From: Afipia sp. | GTDB lineage: Bacteria > Pseudomonadota > Alphaproteobacteria > Rhizobiales > Xanthobacteraceae | DNA length: 64,000 bases | NCBI GenBank assembly: GCA_030652315.1 | Contig: JAUSAX010000122.1 | Location: 2,520-66,519 of the forward strand | Direction: 5' to 3' | In this document: positions 26,854-35,993 of the stretch, one piece after another | Numbering within the stretch: position 1 is the stretch's first letter | Layout: every line of letters starts with the position of its first letter | Program-made: the position numbers and the translations under genes | Notes under the pieces: model-generated | Databases searched by the model: none | What the model was told of the DNA's origin: nothing | What the model saw: only the letters and a program-made list of their open reading frames with translations

Positions 26854-29800
26854 TCAGGCGTGGAGGATGAAATCGCTCGCATTCAGCGCTGTAACACCCT
26901 TCAGGAGCAAGGTGTCCGTGGTGCCGTTGAGATGGAGCAGCGTATTGCCGCCGGTATGATCGGCCTGGGCCAACAGGGCCGTCAGCGCCGAAGCATCAAT
27001 GGATGAGATTGCCTGGAAGTCGATCTTGTCGGTGCCATGCGTGAAGTTCAGGACCGTGTCCTGACCGGAATGCGCAGTGAACACAAACTGGTCCATCCCG
27101 GAGCCGCCAATCAAAACATCCTTTTGATTGGCATTTTCAGCCAGGACCAACGGACTTGATCCGCTTTGCCGGAAAACAAAGTTGACGACGTCGAACGCGC
27201 CCTGATTGTCCGTCACAGTCAGCGTGCCATGGCCGATCGGCGAGTTATCCGTGGGCGTATAGACCATGTCGTTTTGAAGCGCAGAGTTGATCGCTGAAAT
27301 ACTACCCGTTGAGATGTGCGGCGCGATCGACCCGTGATCGGCGGTCGTTGTAAGCGTGAACTGGCCGCTTCCACCGTCGTCCACATCCGACACGGACAGT
27401 CCTGAAACCTTTGTCGCGCCAGATCCTTGCGGCGTCAGGGTGATGTTGGCCGTCGATATGACTGGCGCGTCATTGGTGCCATTGATGGTGATCGTTTCGG
27501 TCTGATTGACCGTCGCGCCCTGCGCATCGGTCACGTCGTAGGACACCTTGATCGTGGTATGCTGGCCGACCGCAAGATGATTGAACGTAGCGTTCGTGGG
27601 ATCGATAGTCAGCGTGTGACCGTCGGCACCCAGCGAGAGCCCTGCCGGTATCGTTGACGAGGTGGCCCCGCTGTCGACCTTGTAGGTGACGTCGGTGACG
27701 TGAAGCGTCGCGGTCTCGCCGTCATCGAGGTCGGATGCACCGAGCAGCAGGTTCTTCGTGAATGCCGCCGCGCCTTCGCTCGCGGTGTCGGTCAACGCGG
27801 CAGCAACAGTCGGGGTATCGTTCGTGCCGTTGATCGTGATGGTCTCGGTCTGGTGAACAGTGAGACCTAGAGCGTCCTTGACGTCGTAGGACACCTCAAT
27901 CGTGGTATGTGCGCCGACAGCAAGATGATTGAACGACGGATCGGCGGGATTCACGCTCAGTGTGTTGCCAGACAACGAAATGCCCGCGGGGGCCGTACCC
28001 GAGGCTATCCCGGCACCGACCTTGTAGCTGACGTTTGCGACGGACAGCATATCGCCCTGATCGGCGTCCGTAGCGTTCAACAGCAGATTATTGGTGAAGG
28101 CTGGGCCGCCTTCGCTCGCCGTATCGGATAGCGCCGCGGATACGGTCGGCGTGTCGTTCGCGCCGGTAATGTTCACTGTAAACGTGGCCGTGCCGCTCGC
28201 GCCATGGGCGTCGGTCGTTTGTACCGTGAAGGTGTCCGTATAGTTGCCGGCGTTCAGCGCGTTGATCGCAGCCGCGTTCGGGACGTAGCTGTACGTGCCG
28301 TCACTGTTGACGGTCAGCGAGCCGTAACTGCCAGCTACAGCCACCGCGCTCACATAGGTCGCGCCGTTCAATACGGCGTATGTCAGCCCGCTCGTCTCGC
28401 CGTGATCGACATCGTTGCCAACGAGCGCGCCGTTCAGGGTGGCGAAGGTATCGGCCGCAGCCGTATCGACAAGCGTTGGCGTAGTAACCGATGCAAGTGT
28501 CGGCGCATCGTTGGTACCGGTGATCGTGATGTCGAAGGTCGCGGGCGTGGTGCCGCCGTCGCCATCGCTAACGGTGACCGTGTAGGTCAGCGTGATGGTT
28601 TCGCCGTAAGCCAGATAATCGAACGCCGTCGAGGGAGCGGAAAATCCGAGATCCACCGATCCATTCGCCGCGCCAGCAGCCTTGGCCGTTGTGATCGGCG
28701 TCACGAGTGCGATCAGCTGCGCCGGTGTCAGCGAAAGTCCCGTCGTCACGCCTGCCGTGGTCACGGCGGTAATCAACGCGGTGTGGCCCACATCGCTGAG
28801 ATCGACATCGCCAAACGTCACATGGATCGGCGACGCCAGCGTGAGTGCGTTGGTGTCCGTCTGTTCATTCAACGACGTGGCGGCAATCGCATCGATGACA
28901 GGCGCGTCATTCGTGCCGGTGATCGTGACGTCGAAGGTCGCGGGCGCGGTGCCGCCGTCGCCATCGCTGACGGTGACCGTGTAGGTCAGCTTGATGGTCT
29001 CCCCGGACGCCAGATAGTTGAAGGCCGTCGAGGGAGCGGAAAATCCGAGATCGACTGAACCGGTCGAAGAGCCGGCCGCCTTGGCCGTCGCAATCGGCGT
29101 CACCAGCGCGATCAGCTGCGCCGGTGTCAGCGAAAGTCCCGTCGTCACGCCTGTCGTGGTCACGGCGGTGATCAACGCGGTGTGGCCCACATCGCTGAGA
29201 TCGACATCGCCGAACGTCACATGGATCGGCGACGCCAGCGTGAGTGCACTGGTGTCAGTCTGTTCATTCAACGACGTGGCGGCAATCGCATCGATAACGG
29301 GCGCGTCGTTGGTGCCTGTGATCGTGATCGTCACCGTCTGAGTGACGAGGGCACCGTGCTCGTCGGTGATCGTGACGGTGTAGACCTGAGTAATGGTCTG
29401 ACCTTCGGCCAGCGACTGCAGGGTTGGATCGTTGTCGTCCAACGTGAAGTGCCAGCCGACAGTTCCGGTATTGATGGTATCCGCTTCGTTCTCCACCACC
29501 GGACCGATAGTGAAAGTACCGATGTGCGCGTTCGGTCCAAAGCCAGGCAAGCTGGGGTTGGAGGTCGGGTTCAGGGTCGAGCCCGAGGTCGATGATGTGA
29601 ACACGACTCCGGCCTGATGGCCGTCGGACAGATCGACGTCCCGGAACGTGATCGTTCCATTCTTTACAATCGCATGGTCAGCGGTGACGAGCGTGTCTTC
29701 TTTGACTGCGCCGACGATGTCCGACAGTGAAAGAACGATCGTCGGCGCGCCATTGTCGTTCGGCACATCGTTGTCGCCCGTGATCGTGATCGGAATGATC

Positions 29801-31299
29801 ACGTTGGCAACGTCCGGCCCCGACCGCGACGTGACCTGAATCATGAAGGTCACACTCTCGCCATCGCCCAGGAAATTGAAACCCAGCCGATCGAACGTGA
29901 TGACGCCTGTATTCTGGTCGATGTGCAGGAATTGCGAGAGAAAACCCGCGCTGAGATTCGGGTTGGTGCTGACGGCGCTCTTGATGATCGCGCTGCCTGC
30001 CACGAACGGAGTCGCGGTGTCGTAGAACGGCGCATTGCCGATGTCGGGATCGTCGATATGAACGAGATCCGAGATCTTGAAAGATTCAACCGTCGAAACG
30101 AACGTCTGCTCTGACAGGATCGACGATGCCGAGAACTGCGCCTTGGTGTTGTAGAAAATCCTGTTCTGGTAGGTCGTGATCCCGGTCAGCGGATCGGTCA
30201 CGGCAAAACGCAATTCGATCTGCGTCAGAAATGTTTGCTTATTGCCGGAGTTGGTCGTGAACAGAATTTCGGCGAGGTTGTTGCCGCTGGTGTTCGATCC
30301 GAACTTGGGCAGCTTCGGATTGGAATCGTCCGGATTGTAGTTCGGAAAATAGAGCTGGAAGACCTGCTGGATGATGGCCTTCTCGGCCTGCTGGTCGGCA
30401 AGCGTCTTGAGCTGCTCGATCGCGGTCGGAGGCTGACCGATGCCGAGGCTCGACACGAAGGTCACCTGCCCGGCCTGTGACACGGTGCCGATCAATTGGC
30501 CGGTGACCTTGTCATAGAGATTGTAGGAGCCGGTGTGCCCGTCCGGCTCGACGAGGACCGAGAATTTTGTAGGGCCGTCGTTCGCGCCAATCTCGACCAG
30601 CACTGCCGTGCCGCGAATGCCCATCGTGGCAACCGGTGTTTCGACGCGCATGTTGCCGTTCTTGGCGGTCTGGCCGGCGACGAAGGTGACGGTGCCCTGA
30701 ACAAGGCTCATCAGCGACGAATTCGACGATCCGTTCGGATCGAAGATCATCTCGTTGAGAACCATGCGTGCGTTCGAGGTCATGCCGAACGCGCTGCCGT
30801 CAACGAAGGTCATGCCGATCGAGGAATTCGATCCGGTCTGGACCACATCGCCCTTCTGCACGGCGGCGCCGATCTGCAGTTCAACGGAGACGCCGTTCCG
30901 GATCACGGATGCGCTGCCGGACATCTTCAAGACGGTACCGATCACCGCGCCTGCAGCAGGTGCTGCTGTTGCCTGAGCGTAGTGAACGTGTCCGGTCAAT
31001 GCATCGACGATATGACCGCCGAGCGTCGCGCCGTCTTTCGTCGACAGGGCGGGTCGCGTTTCACCCTTGAAGTAATTGCCGACGACGAATTTCTGGTTGT
31101 TGCCTGAAATGATCAGGTCGCTGCCGATCCGGGTATAGTCGCCGGAAAACAGCAGATGTGCATCAGGAACGACAACATGGCTGTCGGATGCGTGGTGCTG
31201 GACGAAGCCTGGCTTTGAATCGAATGCAAAGCGCTCGCCACCCAGTGATACCGGGGAGTCGTGCGAAAATTCGGAATCAAATGGTCCGGCGAAATTCAA
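26854..31299 (-). CDS. 1481-aa type I-secreted VCBS/cadherin-like repeat protein with an N-terminal FecR-like domain (candidate adhesin)
   Basis: FecR/retention-module-like segment (VIGTV...GDVVQTG...TPVATMGIRGT); repeated T.TITG.ND.P units; C-terminal GGSGMD...QFVF...DKIDF...ASDFI secretion signal; no signal peptide. Confidence 0.88.
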   Translation of the reverse strand: MNFAGPFDSEFSHDSPVSLGGERFAFDSKPGFVQHHASDSHVVVPDAHLLFSGDYTRIGSDLIISGNNQKFVVGNYFKGETRPALSTKDGATLGGHIVDALTGHVHYAQATAAPAAGAVIGTVLKMSGSASVIRNGVSVELQIGAAVQKGDVVQTGSNSSIGMTFVDGSAFGMTSNARMVLNEMIFDPNGSSNSSLMSLVQGTVTFVAGQTAKNGNMRVETPVATMGIRGTAVLVEIGANDGPTKFSVLVEPDGHTGSYNLYDKVTGQLIGTVSQAGQVTFVSSLGIGQPPTAIEQLKTLADQQAEKAIIQQVFQLYFPNYNPDDSNPKLPKFGSNTSGNNLAEILFTTNSGNKQTFLTQIELRFAVTDPLTGITTYQNRIFYNTKAQFSASSILSEQTFVSTVESFKISDLVHIDDPDIGNAPFYDTATPFVAGSAIIKSAVSTNPNLSAGFLSQFLHIDQNTGVITFDRLGFNFLGDGESVTFMIQVTSRSGPDVANVIIPITITGDNDVPNDNGAPTIVLSLSDIVGAVKEDTLVTADHAIVKNGTITFRDVDLSDGHQAGVVFTSSTSGSTLNPTSNPSLPGFGPNAHIGTFTIGPVVENEADTINTGTVGWHFTLDDNDPTLQSLAEGQTITQVYTVTITDEHGALVTQTVTITITGTNDAPVIDAIAATSLNEQTDTSALTLASPIHVTFGDVDLSDVGHTALITAVTTTGVTTGLSLTPAQLIALVTPIATAKAAGSSTGSVDLGFSAPSTAFNYLASGETIKLTYTVTVSDGDGGTAPATFDVTITGTNDAPVIDAIAATSLNEQTDTNALTLASPIHVTFGDVDLSDVGHTALITAVTTAGVTTGLSLTPAQLIALVTPITTAKAAGAANGSVDLGFSAPSTAFDYLAYGETITLTYTVTVSDGDGGTTPATFDITITGTNDAPTLASVTTPTLVDTAAADTFATLNGALVGNDVDHGETSGLTYAVLNGATYVSAVAVAGSYGSLTVNSDGTYSYVPNAAAINALNAGNYTDTFTVQTTDAHGASGTATFTVNITGANDTPTVSAALSDTASEGGPAFTNNLLLNATDADQGDMLSVANVSYKVGAGIASGTAPAGISLSGNTLSVNPADPSFNHLAVGAHTTIEVSYDVKDALGLTVHQTETITINGTNDTPTVAAALTDTASEGAAAFTKNLLLGASDLDDGETATLHVTDVTYKVDSGATSSTIPAGLSLGADGHTLTIDPTNATFNHLAVGQHTTIKVSYDVTDAQGATVNQTETITINGTNDAPVISTANITLTPQGSGATKVSGLSVSDVDDGGSGQFTLTTTADHGSIAPHISTGSISAINSALQNDMVYTPTDNSPIGHGTLTVTDNQGAFDVVNFVFRQSGSSPLVLAENANQKDVLIGGSGMDQFVFTAHSGQDTVLNFTHGTDKIDFQAISSIDASALTALLAQADHTGGNTLLHLNGTTDTLLLKGVTALNASDFILHA
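28528..29325 (-). repeat. two near-identical 399-bp (133-aa) tandem intragenic repeats
   Basis: TITGTND anchors at 29311, 28912 and 28513, an exact 399-bp period. Confidence 0.9.
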
Positions 31300-31867
31300 A
31301 CCCTGCCCGCCCGTATCAAAAATTTTATTGTTAAGAAATTGAGAATTCGCAATTCATAGCATCAAAGGCCGCAACCCCATAGAGGATTGAACTAAACGGC
31401 TTGGTTTTACATGCCTCCGTTAAGTACAATGACGGGATCATGACGTGGTCGTTCAGGCGTTACTTTCTAAGTCTATGAAATAGAACTGATATTCTATGCT
31501 GTCCCGCACCATCAAACTCAATTAACAGGGCATATTCAAGCCTAGAGACCAAACGGCCGGCTGAAGAATGATTTGCCGAAACTCAATCTATACTTCAAAT
31601 CTCGCGCGATAAACTCAAGCATCTAATCAGCCGCACACCCAATTACCTTGGATATGCGATGTTTAGCATCCGGAGGCTTGCGCGTTAGCCCTATCTACAA
31701 TTTTAGACAATGTCGTCAACATTAGTTCCGCATATTTGAATCCAGTTGGCGGATTTGTCCCGCGTTTAAGCCGCCGAAAAGGGGACCCGCCCTACTCCTT
31801 GTGACGAAATGATCTGGCCACGAGCACGCATACCTTTGCGGGCCGATGTCCGGACAAGGGGCGTCAC

Positions 31868-32725
31868 ATGTCGGCTTTCAGTGCAGCGCGCGCGGGCGCG
31901 ATAGCGTTTATCTGTATTTTCAGCATGTTGGGCGCCCCCGCGCATGCGGCAGCGTATGCCTTGCGCGAGAGTCCGATCGGTGCCGAGGCAGCCCCCGCAC
32001 CCGCCCCTGCAGAGCCTTTCGGGCTTTCGACCTCCGCCCTGACCGAAGGCCCCCTTCGCGCCAAATGGCTGGCAGTCGAGCGCGCCATAGCGGCCGAGGC
32101 GGATGTCATCGCCGGCTGTACCAGCGATCCCGGACATTGCACCTCCCAGCCAGCGCATCGATTCCTCGAAATCGTCAACGCCGCCGCTGGCCGCGAGGGG
32201 CTCGCGCGTCTGGGCGAAATCAACCGCGCGATCAATCTCGCCATCCGGCCGGTCAGTGACCGCGCGCAGTACGGTGTGGAGGACCACTGGTCCTCACCGC
32301 TGGCCACTCTGGCGGCGGGAGCCGGCGACTGCGAGGACTACGCAATCGCAAAGCTGGTTGCGCTGCGCGCTGCCGGCGTCGCGGCGGAGGACCTCCGCCT
32401 CGTTATCATTCGCGAGAACGCGACCGGCGATGACCATGCCGTGGTCGCGGCGCGGTCCGGCGGTCATTGGCGCGTGCTGGACAACCGCACGTTCCTGATG
32501 ATCGAGGACAACGGATTCGGCAAATACCGGCCGCTGTTTGCAATCGACGCGGACGGCGCAAAACGCTTTGAACAGCCGATGTATGCGAATGCTGCACCGA
32601 TCACGCAGTCCCGCCCCGCCGAGATCGAGACGCGCAATCCCGTCGTCGATGTCGGCGCAACGGCGGTCGGATCGAACACGGCGACTGTAGCGTTCGACGA
32701 GTTCTGTATGACGCTTGCACTGTAA
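31868..32725 (+). CDS. transglutaminase-like cysteine protease (BTLCP, LapG-like)
   Basis: Signal peptide; GDCEDYAIAK (Cys), DHAV (His) and VLDN (Asp) triad. Confidence 0.9.
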   Translation: MSAFSAARAGAIAFICIFSMLGAPAHAAAYALRESPIGAEAAPAPAPAEPFGLSTSALTEGPLRAKWLAVERAIAAEADVIAGCTSDPGHCTSQPAHRFLEIVNAAAGREGLARLGEINRAINLAIRPVSDRAQYGVEDHWSSPLATLAAGAGDCEDYAIAKLVALRAAGVAAEDLRLVIIRENATGDDHAVVAARSGGHWRVLDNRTFLMIEDNGFGKYRPLFAIDADGAKRFEQPMYANAAPITQSRPAEIETRNPVVDVGATAVGSNTATVAFDEFCMTLAL

Positions 32726-32788
32726 GGCAACGCACAAGGTTCGGCCGGATTGACTCTCGGTCCGATCGATTCACCTGACGTCGATCGC

Positions 32789-32986
32789 TCAGGTTTTGGC
32801 GATGCTCTGGATGGTCGCGACAAACAGCAACGCCGCGAGGGTGACGAGCACCCATCCCGGGTTGTCGCACAGGACCGCTCCTTGAACACAGACCTGGTCG
32901 GCTAATGGCCAGCCGCGGTTCCGTGTTGCACCTGCGAGCAGGAAAATACCGCCCGCGCCGGAAATTGCGAGAATGAGCTGACGCAT
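32789..32986 (-). CDS. small two-helix membrane protein with a Cys pair
   Basis: AAAGGAG SD 7 nt before the ATG; two hydrophobic segments. Confidence 0.6.
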   Translation of the reverse strand: MRQLILAISGAGGIFLLAGATRNRGWPLADQVCVQGAVLCDNPGWVLVTLAALLFVATIQSIAKT

Positions 32987-33077
32987 GGATAAACTCCTTT
33001 CCGCCGCCCATGTTCGGCGCGAAGGAGTGAATCAATGCTTGTTCCGACCGATGAAACATCGGTCCTTCACGTAAAAT

Positions 33078-33923
33078 TCAGCCGGGTTTGCCGACCGCCG
33101 CTTGGTCAAACGCCGCTGTAATGGCGGCAAACCGTCCCTCAACCTCGCTGCGCATGTCGGGATGCGTAAAGACGTAAAGCTCATTCGCGCGGATCGCGGC
33201 GACCACGCGCGCCGCGACGTCCGACGGATCAATCCCGGACTGAATGAGTTCCGCAATCTGGGCGACCAGCGCAGCGGTCGGGCTTGCGGGATCGAGCGTT
33301 TGCGTCGGGCCGTACTGTTCGGGCCGATTTCGTCCGCTCTCGCCGATACGGGTGCGGACAAATCCTGGGCACAGCACGCTGACGCCGATTCCGAACGGTG
33401 CCAGTTGCGGCGCGAGCCCTTCCGACATACCGACCACAGCGAACTTGCTCGCGGTGTAAGGACTGAAACCGAGCGCGCTCTGCATCCCGGCCATCGATGC
33501 GGTGTTGACGATGTGGCCGCCTTCGCCGTGCGCGCGCATGTGCGGAAGAAACGCCCGGATGCCGTGGACGACGCCCATCAGGTTGACGTCGAGCACCCAT
33601 CGCCAGCTATCGAGCGCGATGTCCTCGATGCCGCCGCCCGCGGCAACGCCGGCGTTGTTGCAAATCACATGGATGTTTCCGAATGCATCGAACGATGCCT
33701 TGGCCGCGCGCTCGACGCTGGCCGCATCGGTCACATCGCAGTCAATGCCACGGACATCCGGACCGACGTTGTGCAGGCTTTTGACCGCGGCTTCCAATGC
33801 CTCGGTCTCGATATCCGCAAGCATGACTTTCATGCCCGCCTCCGCAAAGGCCCGCCCGAGCGCGAATCCGATGCCGCTCGCTCCGCCCGTGACGAATGCA
33901 GTCTTGCCGGCAAGATCGCGCAT
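33078..33923 (-). CDS. short-chain dehydrogenase/reductase
   Basis: TGGASGIG, NNAG and YTASK motifs. Confidence 0.92.
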   Translation of the reverse strand: MRDLAGKTAFVTGGASGIGFALGRAFAEAGMKVMLADIETEALEAAVKSLHNVGPDVRGIDCDVTDAASVERAAKASFDAFGNIHVICNNAGVAAGGGIEDIALDSWRWVLDVNLMGVVHGIRAFLPHMRAHGEGGHIVNTASMAGMQSALGFSPYTASKFAVVGMSEGLAPQLAPFGIGVSVLCPGFVRTRIGESGRNRPEQYGPTQTLDPASPTAALVAQIAELIQSGIDPSDVAARVVAAIRANELYVFTHPDMRSEVEGRFAAITAAFDQAAVGKPG

Positions 33924-34147
33924 ATTTCCCCCGCGATTTTTCTATCGAAGCCGATCATGTCATAATCGGGTGAGCTAAAACCAGCGTGATCACCGAAGCC
34001 GGATCGCAAGTGATCGCCACCCGCAAATATCGCCGCTCGTGCGGCGTCTTAAAATGGACACGCGCGCGCGTCTTAATTTGTTTTTACGCCTTCGTGCCGG
34101 TGGAACTGCCAACACACCGGCCGATTTATCGCGGAAGGGATTTGCCG

Positions 34148-34357
34148 ATGGCGACACGCATACAGCGACTCGCGGAATTTGACGGCAATGGTGAACCGTC
34201 ACCTGAAGAGGCGGTTCAGGTTCTTTGTGAAGACAAGAGTGGAACCTATCAGTTGCCATTCGCTTGCCGCCGCATCAACGGCGAATGGCGTAACAGCGAA
34301 TCCGGAAGCCTCGTTGAAGCAATGGTCGTTGGGTGGCGGCGGCCCAGAGCGACATGA
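34148..34357 (+). CDS. small hypothetical protein
   Basis: 69 aa, MATR...LCED..GTY.LPF.C...W...GW; purine-rich SD. Confidence 0.65.
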   Translation: MATRIQRLAEFDGNGEPSPEEAVQVLCEDKSGTYQLPFACRRINGEWRNSESGSLVEAMVVGWRRPRAT

Positions 34358-34389
34358 TCCGAAAGATCATGTCCCCGGAAATCTGACGA

Positions 34390-35094
34390 TTACTTTTTCG
34401 CCTTTGAGGCGGCGTACCGCGCCTTGGTCTCGGCATTCATCGGATAGAGGCCCGGCAGTTCTGCGCCGTTGTTGACCTCGTTGACGATCCAGCCCTCCAT
34501 CGCCTCCTGCTCCGGACCTTCGGTCAGGATCAGTTCGAGGAAGGCCTGCGGGATCAGCACCGCTCCGTCCTGATCGGCCACAATGACGTCATCGGGGAAC
34601 ACGGCAACCCCGCCGCATCCGATCGGCTCGCCCCAATTGACGAACGTCAATCCAGCAACCGACGGCGGTGCAGAAGCGCCATCGCACCACACCGGCAGGC
34701 CCGTGCCGAGCACGCCTTCGAGATCGCGCACCACGCCATCCGTCACCAGAGCGGTGACGCCGCGCTTGGCCATCCGCGCGCACAGGATGTCGCCGAAAAT
34801 TCCGGCGTCGGTAATTCCCATCGCATCGACCACGGCAATGCAGCCCGCCGGCATCGCTTCGATGGCGGTACGGGTCGAAATCGGCTTCGACCACGATTCC
34901 GGCGTCGCGAGATCTTCACGCGCCGGGACAAACCGCAGGGTGAAAGCCGGACCGACCAGACGCTCCTGCCCCGGACGCAGCGGACGCGACCCGCGCAGCC
35001 AGACATTGCGAAGCCCCTTCTTGAGAAGAATGGTCGTGATGGTGGCGGTCGTGATCTTCTTGAGCGTTGCGACGGCTTCGGGCGAGAGCGACAT
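34390..35094 (-). CDS. RraA-family protein (HMG aldolase-like)
   Basis: GPAFTLRF, GDIL, DGVVRD and GDVIVADQDG-like motifs. Confidence 0.85.
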   Translation of the reverse strand: MSLSPEAVATLKKITTATITTILLKKGLRNVWLRGSRPLRPGQERLVGPAFTLRFVPAREDLATPESWSKPISTRTAIEAMPAGCIAVVDAMGITDAGIFGDILCARMAKRGVTALVTDGVVRDLEGVLGTGLPVWCDGASAPPSVAGLTFVNWGEPIGCGGVAVFPDDVIVADQDGAVLIPQAFLELILTEGPEQEAMEGWIVNEVNNGAELPGLYPMNAETKARYAASKAKK

Positions 35095-35270
35095 GAGGCG
35101 GACTCCGATGAGGTGGCCACGCCTTGTTGCGAAAGCCAGGCAGCGCGTCAAGGCGACAATCGCGTGAGCGGTAATCCCCGCTTATGCGCTGCGATAACGC
35201 CAACTTATTTGCCATTTGGACGCCAGTGTCGGACAAATGGCGACCGATCCTTCAGATTTCCGGCCCGTCA

Positions 35271-35993
35271 ATGACCGCCTCGCCCCGCATCCTCCCGTCC
35301 GGAGATACTGCCCTGACGGTCGAGTTCGGGCGCAGCATCGATCCGGCAATCAACCGGCAGGTTCTGGCGCTTGACCGCAGCGTCGCGAGCGAGGCTGTGA
35401 CCGGCGTGCTGGAGACGGTTCCGACCTACCGTTCGCTTCTGGTCCACTACGATCCGCTGCTGGTCGGTTACGCAGCATTGTCGGAAAAGCTGCTCGCGCT
35501 GGCGCAGCGACCTGTTCCCGCCGAAACCGGCGTGCGGCGCTGGCGCGTTCCTGTGGTCTATGGCGGCGACTACGGCATCGATCTCGACGATGTCGCGCGC
35601 GCGCACAACATCTCGACATCCGACGTGATCGCGAAGCATACCGGCAGCGAGTACCGCGTGGCGATGATCGGTTTCACGCCCGGCTTCGCCTATCTGAGCG
35701 GCCTCGATCCCGCCATTGCAACGCCGCGCCGCGAAAGTCCGAGGACGCATACGCCGCCCGGCACCATATCCATCGGCGGCGTGCAGGCCTGCGTGCAATG
35801 CCTGGCCGCGCCGAGCGGTTGGCATCTCTTGGGACGAACGCCGGTCCGCACCTTTCATCCGCAACGCGATCCGGTGTTCCTGATGGAGCCCGGCGATGCC
35901 GTGATCTTCCATGCCATCGCGGCCAGCGAATTCGCCGCGCTCGATCGCGCGGCTGAGCGCGGCGAGACCGTCGCCGAATTGATCGCGTCATGA
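35271..35993 (+). CDS. pxpB: 5-oxoprolinase subunit B
   Basis: GD.ALTVEF, VPTYRSLLV, GFTPGFAYL and GWHLLGRT motifs. Confidence 0.9.
   Translation: MTASPRILPSGDTALTVEFGRSIDPAINRQVLALDRSVASEAVTGVLETVPTYRSLLVHYDPLLVGYAALSEKLLALAQRPVPAETGVRRWRVPVVYGGDYGIDLDDVARAHNISTSDVIAKHTGSEYRVAMIGFTPGFAYLSGLDPAIATPRRESPRTHTPPGTISIGGVQACVQCLAAPSGWHLLGRTPVRTFHPQRDPVFLMEPGDAVIFHAIAASEFAALDRAAERGETVAELIAS

Noticed and set aside
31300-31867. CtrA or FixK boxes in the AT-rich divergent adhesin/BTLCP promoter region
   Set aside because: Only half-sites found; no TTAA-N7-TTAA or TTGAT-N4-ATCAA seen by eye
33102-33965. 287-aa plus-strand ORF
   Set aside because: Antisense shadow of the SDR gene
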